Assembly: GCA_964535935.1 (NCBI GenBank)
Contig: CAZHWM010000020.1
Span: 65,210-129,209, forward strand
Length of the DNA stretch: 64,000 nt
Direction: 5' to 3'
Origin: an uncultured Planctomycetales bacterium
GTDB lineage: Bacteria; Omnitrophota; Gorgyraeia; Zapsychrales; Zapsychraceae
In this document: positions 57,814 through 64,000 of the stretch, piece after piece
Layout: each line of letters begins with the position of its first letter
Position numbering within the stretch: the first letter of the stretch is position 1
Notes under the pieces: generated by a model
Told to the model about the DNA's origin: nothing
The model's database searches: none
What the model saw: only the letters and a program-made list of their open reading frames with translations
Translations under genes and position numbers: made by a program

Positions 57814-59571
57814 ATGACATTTACTGAACTAAAAAAAAATCTAAAAAAAGATACCGCTGGGCTTACATGCATAAAGATAGCAATATCAGCAGACACCCCA
57901 TCGCAATTACTTACTCAGGCATTGAAAGGCTATGGTTACGAGGCGGGTATAAACTTTGATATTTTTGAGGCGGGCTTTGATCAAATTGAACAGGAAATAT
58001 TTAATATTAGCTCAGAACTTTACAAATTCAACCCTCAGTTTATAATTATCTTCCAGTCAGCACATAAACTTCTCAGACACTTCTATGAACTTCCAAAAGA
58101 AAAACAGCTTCTTTTTGCAGATGAGCAAGTAAAAAAAGTAACCGACATCTACCACGTAATAACAACCACCTCCCCTTCTTCAAAAATCATATATTTCAAC
58201 TTTGCAGAAATTGACGACAGGGTCTTTGGGAATTATGCAAATAAGACAGCTTCCTCCTTTCTATATCAAATCCGTAAACTAAACCTGTCTCTCATGGATA
58301 TAAGCAGGGAATCCTCTAACCTTTTCATCAACGATATATCTATACTACAAAACAGGTATGGCTATAAATTCATGACAGATATTCGTGACTATGTAAATAC
58401 TTCTACAGTCCTAAGTATTGATGCCTTGCCTATTGTTGCAAAAAATGTAACAGACATCATCCTTGCTGCATCAGGACGGTTTAAAAAGTGCATAATATTA
58501 GACATGGATAATACATTATGGGGTGGCATAGTCGGAGATGATGGGATAGAAAACATACAATTAGGTGAATTGGGTATCGGCCGTGCATTTACAGAATTTC
58601 AATTATGGCTAAAACAATTAAAAAGGCGCGGTATTATATTAGCCGTATGCAGTAAGATGGAGGAGGCTATTGCTAAAGAGGTCTTTGAAAAACATCCTGA
58701 TATGGTACTATCTTTAGATGATATTGCTGTCTTCGTAGCCAACTGGAACAATAAGGTAGATAATATCCAGTATATACAGAACATTCTTAACATAAGTTTT
58801 GATTCTATGGTATTCATAGACGACAGTCCGTTTGAGCGCGCTATGGTAAAGGCAAACATACCTCAGATAACTGTAGCTGAGATGCCTGAGGATCCTGCTG
58901 AATATCTAGACTATTTACGTTCTCTCAATTTGTTTGAAACCGTATCTGTACTAAAAGACGATGAAAACCGCACAAGGCAATATAAACAACAGGCAGAGAG
59001 AATAAACGCACAGCAGTCCTTTGCCAATGAGCAAGAGTTCCTTGCAAGCCTTAATATGAAATCATGCGTTAAACCGTTTGATAGATTTACAATTCCAAGA
59101 ATAGCCCAGCTAATACAACGTTCAAACCAATTTAACCTTAGGACTATACGCTATTCACAGGAAGAGATAAACGATATAGCTGCCTCAGACGAATTTATTA
59201 CCCTATGTTTCTCGTTAGAAGACAAATTCGGAGATAATGGTCTAATAAGTGCGGTTATATTAAAAAAAATTACACCAACAGACAAATTTAGTGAAATCGC
59301 ACACAATATAGCAGGGCTATTTATAGATACATGGGCAATGAGCTGTCGTGTCTTAAAACGTGGTATGGAAGCGTTTATAATGAACAAGATAGTAGCACTT
59401 GCAAGGGAAAAAGGATTCTCTCTCATTATTGGGGAATACATCCCTACGAAAAAAAACGCCATAGTAAAAGACCTATTAGCCTCACTTGGATTCATCCAAA
59501 AAAGAGGATTATGGGTAATGGATATAACATCTTATAAGGACACCCCCTGTTTTATCAAGGAAAAACCATGA
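57814..59571 (+). CDS. FkbH-like HAD-IIIC superfamily protein (predicted carrier-protein loader)
   Basis: HAD motifs ILDMDNTLWGG and FIDDSPFE. C-terminal DKFGDNGLIS and DTWAMSCRVLKRGME, typical of FkbH-like domain proteins. The track ORF starts at TTG 57808; ATG is at 57814. Confidence 0.8.
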   Translation: MTFTELKKNLKKDTAGLTCIKIAISADTPSQLLTQALKGYGYEAGINFDIFEAGFDQIEQEIFNISSELYKFNPQFIIIFQSAHKLLRHFYELPKEKQLLFADEQVKKVTDIYHVITTTSPSSKIIYFNFAEIDDRVFGNYANKTASSFLYQIRKLNLSLMDISRESSNLFINDISILQNRYGYKFMTDIRDYVNTSTVLSIDALPIVAKNVTDIILAASGRFKKCIILDMDNTLWGGIVGDDGIENIQLGELGIGRAFTEFQLWLKQLKRRGIILAVCSKMEEAIAKEVFEKHPDMVLSLDDIAVFVANWNNKVDNIQYIQNILNISFDSMVFIDDSPFERAMVKANIPQITVAEMPEDPAEYLDYLRSLNLFETVSVLKDDENRTRQYKQQAERINAQQSFANEQEFLASLNMKSCVKPFDRFTIPRIAQLIQRSNQFNLRTIRYSQEEINDIAASDEFITLCFSLEDKFGDNGLISAVILKKITPTDKFSEIAHNIAGLFIDTWAMSCRVLKRGMEAFIMNKIVALAREKGFSLIIGEYIPTKKNAIVKDLLASLGFIQKRGLWVMDITSYKDTPCFIKEKP

Positions 59572-60476
59572 AACAATGGCATATATTAACTATAGCAGAG
59601 AAGATAAGTGAAAAAAACCCGCTGCATGCTAAAAAGATAAAAAATACACTGAAAGGATATTCTGAAAAAGACCTTCAAAGAATAGAATATTTTCTAAAAA
59701 AATACATAAAATATCTAACAAAAATTAATAAAGACTTAGAATATGGGATAAACTGCTACCTGCAGATGATAGCTGAGCTAACATATGAACAAATAAGATT
59801 TATGGAAACCGGCAAATATTCCTGTAGCTCTTTTGAAGAAGCAAGGCAAAAAGTGTATAATAATCCGCAAATCATGGACTCATACATGAACGCACTTATA
59901 CTATCACAATTTTTATGGCAACACCATTACCGCATATTCTCATATTTCATTGACTCGATTCCACAATATAAAGAAAAAATAAAACGCTATCTGGAGATTG
60001 GTGCGGGCCATGGATTATTTACCGCAGAGGCAGCAAGAATTCTTGAGGATAATACTTACTTTGAGGTTGTTGATATAAGTCCTACCTCTATTAAGATGGC
60101 GGCTGAATTCATTGATAACTCAAAGATACACTATACGCTGAAGGATATCTTCAATTTCGATACAAAGACAAAATTTGACTTTATTAGCATGGGAGAGCTA
60201 CTAGAACATGTAGAAAATCCTGTAAAACTATTATCAAAGCTAAAAACCCTTTTGAATGATGATGGACTATGTTTTATAACCGTGCCTGCCAATGCACCGG
60301 CAATAGACCATATCTTTTTATTCAAAAATGAAGATGATATTATTTCAACAATACGTGATGCCGGGATGAAAGTAATCGATAAGATATGTGCCTATGCAGA
60401 AACTCCTCAATCAGGGGAAGACATACCTGAACAAAAAATTGCAATGATGTTTGCAGCCTTTATCGAGAAAAAATAA
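59568..60476 (+). CDS. Class I SAM-dependent methyltransferase
   Basis: YLEIGAGHGLF motif I, VDIS, DFISMGELLEHV. ATGA overlap with the FkbH-like gene. Confidence 0.8.
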   Translation: MKQWHILTIAEKISEKNPLHAKKIKNTLKGYSEKDLQRIEYFLKKYIKYLTKINKDLEYGINCYLQMIAELTYEQIRFMETGKYSCSSFEEARQKVYNNPQIMDSYMNALILSQFLWQHHYRIFSYFIDSIPQYKEKIKRYLEIGAGHGLFTAEAARILEDNTYFEVVDISPTSIKMAAEFIDNSKIHYTLKDIFNFDTKTKFDFISMGELLEHVENPVKLLSKLKTLLNDDGLCFITVPANAPAIDHIFLFKNEDDIISTIRDAGMKVIDKICAYAETPQSGEDIPEQKIAMMFAAFIEKK

Positions 60477-60500
60477 AATAGTAAAATCGGAGAAACATAT

Positions 60501-60746
60501 ATGGAAACAAACAAAATAATCACAGAGCTAAATCAAATATTCATAGATGTTTTAGATAACCAACAGATACAGCTTACACCTGATACCACTGCTGCTGATA
60601 TAGAAGAATGGGATTCGCTTACTAATATTCAGCTTATTGTAGCAATAGAAAAACACTTTGGTATCCGTTTCAGCTCCGCTGAGATACAGCAATTTAAGGA
60701 TATTAACGGCCTATGCGAATGCATAAGACAAAAATTAAAAGGATAA
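60501..60746 (+). CDS. Acyl/peptidyl carrier protein
   Basis: 81 aa. IEEWDSLTNIQLIVAIEKHF contains the DSL phosphopantetheine-attachment motif. Confidence 0.85.
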   Translation: METNKIITELNQIFIDVLDNQQIQLTPDTTAADIEEWDSLTNIQLIVAIEKHFGIRFSSAEIQQFKDINGLCECIRQKLKG

Positions 60747-60749
60747 CCC

Positions 60750-61142
60750 ATGCTAAAATTAAATCATATAGGCTGTTTGGTTAACAATATTGAAGAGGCA
60801 ACGGACACATATAAAGCCGTGTTTGGAGAGCAAAGCATTGGCAAAAAGATATTTATATCATCAGAGAAGGTTTATATATGTTTTATAAAAATAGGGGATT
60901 CTGCCTACTTAGAGCTCATTCAACCTACAGATGAATCATCAACAGTATGGCAGTTAGAGAAAAAAGGCCTTACATATTACCATATAGGCTATATCTCAGA
61001 TGACTTTAACAATACCATTAAGTCCTTAGAACAATTAAACTTTAAACAACTATCATGTTTTAAATCTGAGGCCTTTAATCAAAAAAGGTGCTCATTTCTC
61101 ATTTCACCAGAAGGGCACCTAATGGAAGTTATAGAGAAATAA
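60750..61142 (+). CDS. VOC (glyoxalase / methylmalonyl-CoA epimerase-like) family protein
   Basis: 130 aa. MLKLNHIGCLVNNIEEATDTYKAVFG and YHIGYISDDF are typical VOC half-site patterns. Confidence 0.7.
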   Translation: MLKLNHIGCLVNNIEEATDTYKAVFGEQSIGKKIFISSEKVYICFIKIGDSAYLELIQPTDESSTVWQLEKKGLTYYHIGYISDDFNNTIKSLEQLNFKQLSCFKSEAFNQKRCSFLISPEGHLMEVIEK

Positions 61143-61151
61143 CCTAAGCTT

Positions 61152-62594
61152 ATGCCTTTCAATTCTATTCAATTTCTTATATTTTTCCCGATAGTAATAA
61201 TATTATATTTCAGCATTCCACATAAATATCGATGGGCAATGCTTCTTGCTGCCAGTTATTATTTTTATATGTGCTGGAACGCCGCCTATATCATTCTAAT
61301 TATCATATCCACCCTTGTGGCATATACATCCGGATTGTGGATAAGCAAAGCAAAAGATTATAAACAAAAAAGACATGCACTTCTGTTAAGCCTGATTATT
61401 AACTTAGGAATACTATTTATTTTCAAATATTTTAATTTCTTTGTTAATAACCTGCAAAAATTATTAACATATATAAATATCAATATACCTCTGCCCTATC
61501 TTAACATAGTGCTCCCTGTAGGAATATCTTTCTATACGTTTCAGGCACTAAGTTATTCTATTGATGTATATAAAGGAGAAAAGAAACCGGAAAGACACCT
61601 AGGAATATTCTCCTTATATGTGGCCTTCTTCCCCCAACTTGTCTCAGGACCTATAGAAAGGTCAACTCATCTGTTGCCTCAATTCTTTGAAAAACATAGA
61701 ATAAATTACAAAAGGATAAAAAACGGCCTCTTGCTTATGTTATGGGGATTTTTTAAAAAATTAGTTATCGCCGACAGGACCGCAATACTTGTCAACCAGG
61801 TATATAACCATGCCCATGAATATACAGGGATACCATTAATTACCGCTACAATATTCTTTGCCTTTCAGGTATATTGTGACTTCTCTGGTTATTCTGATAT
61901 AGCAATAGGTGCAGCAGAGACAATGGGGTTTGACCTGATAAAAAACTTCAACCGTCCGTATTTCTCCAAATCTATTACTGAACTCTGGCGCAGATGGCAC
62001 ATATCATTATCAACATGGATACAAGATTATCTTTACATCCCGTTAGCCATAAAATTCAGATACTATGGGACAGCTGGCACTATTACGGCCCTGCTTATAT
62101 CCTTTAGTCTTATTGGGCTATGGCATGGTGCAAAATGGACATTTATAATATTCGGAGCCTTTCATGGCACTCTCATCAGCATAGAAACATTAACACGCAA
62201 AATAAGAAAAAACATATCTAAAAGAATCCCTGCATGGATATTTAACCCTATAAGTATATTGACAACATTCATAATATGGTGCCTTTCCATAATATTTTTC
62301 CGCGCTAATTCCCTTAACGATGCAATATATATAATAAGTCATCTATTAAAATCTATAGAACTAAAAACCAGCGGCTATAATATGGGATTGGGGCCTGCTG
62401 AAACACTTACAGCAATCTTTTTCATCTCCTTTTTAATGGGCGTGGAAATATTTCAGGCCAAAGGGAGTATAAGGGCATGGATTGATAAACAGCCTATATA
62501 TATAAGATGGACATTATATTACGGACTCATATTTTGTATATTAATCTTTGGAAAGATTGAATCCAGTATGGAATTTGTGTATTTTCAGTTCTAA
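61152..62594 (+). CDS. MBOAT family membrane O-acyltransferase (AlgI/DltB-like)
   Basis: 480 aa polytopic protein. ISFYTFQALSY, FWRRWHISLSTW-type segment (LWRRWHISLSTWIQDYLYIPL) and SLIGLWHGAKW...FHG with the conserved His. Confidence 0.9.
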   Translation: MPFNSIQFLIFFPIVIILYFSIPHKYRWAMLLAASYYFYMCWNAAYIILIIISTLVAYTSGLWISKAKDYKQKRHALLLSLIINLGILFIFKYFNFFVNNLQKLLTYININIPLPYLNIVLPVGISFYTFQALSYSIDVYKGEKKPERHLGIFSLYVAFFPQLVSGPIERSTHLLPQFFEKHRINYKRIKNGLLLMLWGFFKKLVIADRTAILVNQVYNHAHEYTGIPLITATIFFAFQVYCDFSGYSDIAIGAAETMGFDLIKNFNRPYFSKSITELWRRWHISLSTWIQDYLYIPLAIKFRYYGTAGTITALLISFSLIGLWHGAKWTFIIFGAFHGTLISIETLTRKIRKNISKRIPAWIFNPISILTTFIIWCLSIIFFRANSLNDAIYIISHLLKSIELKTSGYNMGLGPAETLTAIFFISFLMGVEIFQAKGSIRAWIDKQPIYIRWTLYYGLIFCILIFGKIESSMEFVYFQF

Positions 62595-62623
62595 GGTATT
62601 AAATATTAAATGAAAGAGATAAT

Positions 62624-63556
62624 ATGTATACAAGAGCTATCATAATCAAATCAATAGTATTTATAACAATATTTTTTATATTGCTTAACGTGTTTATTAT
62701 AAAAAATAATCCCTATCTACATGAAGAAATAAGATATCATACACAAATACGTAACATTGCTAAATCAAAGGCAAAATACCTCATACTTGGAGACTCACAG
62801 GCAGCAGTAATCCCTAAAGACTATTTAAACAATGATTTTTATAACATGGCATTTGGAAGTGATGGGATAAATGAGATGTATATAAAACTCCTATACGCAC
62901 TCGAACACAACCATAATATCAAGGCGGTTCTCTTAAACTGCTCCTATAACATTTTCGCTGAAAGCAGGAAGATAACAAACAACAAACTTTTTATAAAACC
63001 GTTTACACCACCACACATTTATGAACAACTGTACCACGAACCTTACTCAAAAGGCATACTTATAGACACTATAACCAAATACCCCCCATTTAACCCAAAT
63101 ATCTATGTATTCACTCGCAAAAAAATATTCAAAATAATAAAGAATATAATCCAAAAACCAGAATATTCTTTAAAACAAGGGGAAAAAAGCTGGGCAAATC
63201 TTCCTGAAGGCAAAAGAAGGGAACTTGCAGAACAACGGACAAAAGACACATTAACTAATATCATCATTCCGGAATTTGTTAAAACATTAAAAAAAACAGT
63301 TGCCTTATGCAAAGATAAAAGTATCCAAATAATAGGAATACGTTACCCTTTCTCAAAAGACTATATGAAAGCAGCCTCTAACTATAATATAAAAAAAGTC
63401 AATGGAATCATCAAAAAAATACCTTTTGACTACTTCCTAAATTATGAAAACCTATGCCAAGACAAAAAATACTTTATAAACCAAGACCACCTCAGTCCAT
63501 ATGGTCTAAAATTAGTCGTAAATAGACTTTTTCAGGATTTAAGAAATCTAAAATAA
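62624..63556 (+). CDS. TM-anchored protein with GDS motif, possible SGNH/DltD/AlgJ-like transferase
   Basis: N-terminal TM, YLILGDSQAAVIP (block I-like GDS), C-terminal NQDHLSPYG (block V-like). Sits where DltD/AlgJ-type partners lie next to MBOAT genes. Weak motif-level call. Confidence 0.45.
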   Translation: MYTRAIIIKSIVFITIFFILLNVFIIKNNPYLHEEIRYHTQIRNIAKSKAKYLILGDSQAAVIPKDYLNNDFYNMAFGSDGINEMYIKLLYALEHNHNIKAVLLNCSYNIFAESRKITNNKLFIKPFTPPHIYEQLYHEPYSKGILIDTITKYPPFNPNIYVFTRKKIFKIIKNIIQKPEYSLKQGEKSWANLPEGKRRELAEQRTKDTLTNIIIPEFVKTLKKTVALCKDKSIQIIGIRYPFSKDYMKAASNYNIKKVNGIIKKIPFDYFLNYENLCQDKKYFINQDHLSPYGLKLVVNRLFQDLRNLK

Positions 63557-63558
63557 AA

Positions 63559-63598
63559 AAGCACATCTCCGCTACAATATAAAGCATAAGATGTGCTT
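63559..63598. terminator. Hairpin between convergent genes (possible bidirectional terminator)
   Basis: aagcacatct (63559-63568) / agatgtgctt (63589-63598): 10-bp stem with a 20-nt loop. Flanked by an A-run on the left, which is a T-run for minus-strand transcripts. Confidence 0.4.
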
Positions 63599-63634
63599 AT
63601 AATCCTTTTGACAATATACCTTTCTAAATATAGC

Positions 63635-63853
63635 TTATCCTTTAGCAATAATATCAGCAACCCTCTCTTTCATATTAGGATATAAATCAGTAGGGACCTT
63701 ATCCCTGCCTAATTTCTTCGCTACAATATATCTAGCGCACTCTGAATTATCTCCAAGACAATATTTCTTTTTATAAATAGCACCCAAACCTGAAGTATCT
63801 GGCATCTTATCATTAAAAAACAAACATCCGCCCAATAATTCACATTCTGCCAT
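63635..63853 (-). CDS. Small conserved Cys-rich protein of unknown function
   Basis: 72 aa. MAECELLGGCLFFNDKMPD...KKKYCLGDNSECARYIVAKKLGRDKVPTDLYPN. I recognise this pattern (CxxxxxC..FFNDKM..YC....CARY..VP.DL.PN) from uncharacterised proteins of anaerobes. SD aaggagg upstream. Confidence 0.6.
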   Translation of the reverse strand: MAECELLGGCLFFNDKMPDTSGLGAIYKKKYCLGDNSECARYIVAKKLGRDKVPTDLYPNMKERVADIIAKG

Positions 63854-64000
63854 ATCTTAGCCTCCTTTGTAATATTGATATATTCATCATTTTATTGTAA
63901 TTAAACAATAAATATAATAATAAATATCTTTAGTAGAATCAAGGTAAAATCAAAATAAATTTTGGAAATGATACCATAAATGGTTACCCTCTAATTAAAG

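Noticed and set aside
1-64000. Search for tRNA, rRNA, tmRNA, RNase P, riboswitch-like structures, integrases, transposases, toxin-antitoxin pairs, restriction-modification systems or other recognisable defence systems.
   Set aside because: I scanned the intergenic regions by eye: 3630-3773, 7439-7569, 9128-9305, 12761-13088, 15206-15558, 24640-24798, 29012-29210, 30710-30901, 40365-40526, 45852-46052, 46545-47211, 54937-55312, 57597-57813 and 63854-64000. None shows cloverleaf-compatible or GC-rich structured segments. No ORF carries nuclease, helicase, integrase or transposase motifs. An Infernal/tRNAscan run would be needed to exclude small ncRNAs formally.

Overview
This is an AT-rich, densely coding bacterial chromosomal window, mostly on the minus strand. 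I recognised no rRNA, tRNA, CRISPR array, transposase or integrase, and the taxon cannot be assigned from the sequence alone.

Layout, left to right:
1. 1-7438: chemotaxis cluster MCP / cheW / cheA / PilZ / cheR.
2. 7570-12681: divergent pair. GT2 and a methyltransferase on the minus strand; an S1 protease and an STT3/PglB/AglB-family oligosaccharyltransferase homologue on the plus strand. The homologue's WWDYG motif reads WWPPG.
3. 13089-15205: NTase-like / TPM / LemA.
4. 15559-24639: complete Bat/MoxR-type operon (moxR, DUF58, DUF4381-like, batA, batB, batC, batD, batE), with an Isf-type iron-sulfur flavoprotein gene inserted between batC and batD.
5. 24799-30709: a GH94-like 1108-aa protein, CE4 deacetylase, yqeY-, yggU- and ygjP-like genes.
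6. 30902-36907: a two-gene unit. It encodes a 1602-aa E/R/K-rich, signal-peptide-bearing protein with ten TPR-like modules, followed by a PilZ-TM-coiled-coil protein.
7. 37158-40364: Memo-AMMECR1 fusion and pckA.
8. 40527-49272: an envelope gene string (CheX-like, receiver, SPOR, beta-propeller, TPR, GT-C, PG-binding lipoprotein) plus a divergent TMTC-like GT-C/TPR protein.
9. 49269-63556: a surface-glycan locus. One arm has three GT4, WbqC, epimerase, PIG-L deacetylase, DegT aminotransferase and an IMPase-family protein. The divergent arm has FkbH-like loader / methyltransferase / carrier protein / VOC / MBOAT / GDS protein.

A family of nested palindromic elements of about 30-70 bp occurs four times, each just downstream of a stop codon.

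The best candidates for undescribed biology are:
- the FkbH-ACP-MBOAT esterification module;
- the giant modular E/R/K protein with its PilZ partner;
- the WWPPG STT3 homologue;
- a c-di-GMP theme running through the chemotaxis genes.

All functional calls come from motif recognition by eye. No database search was run.
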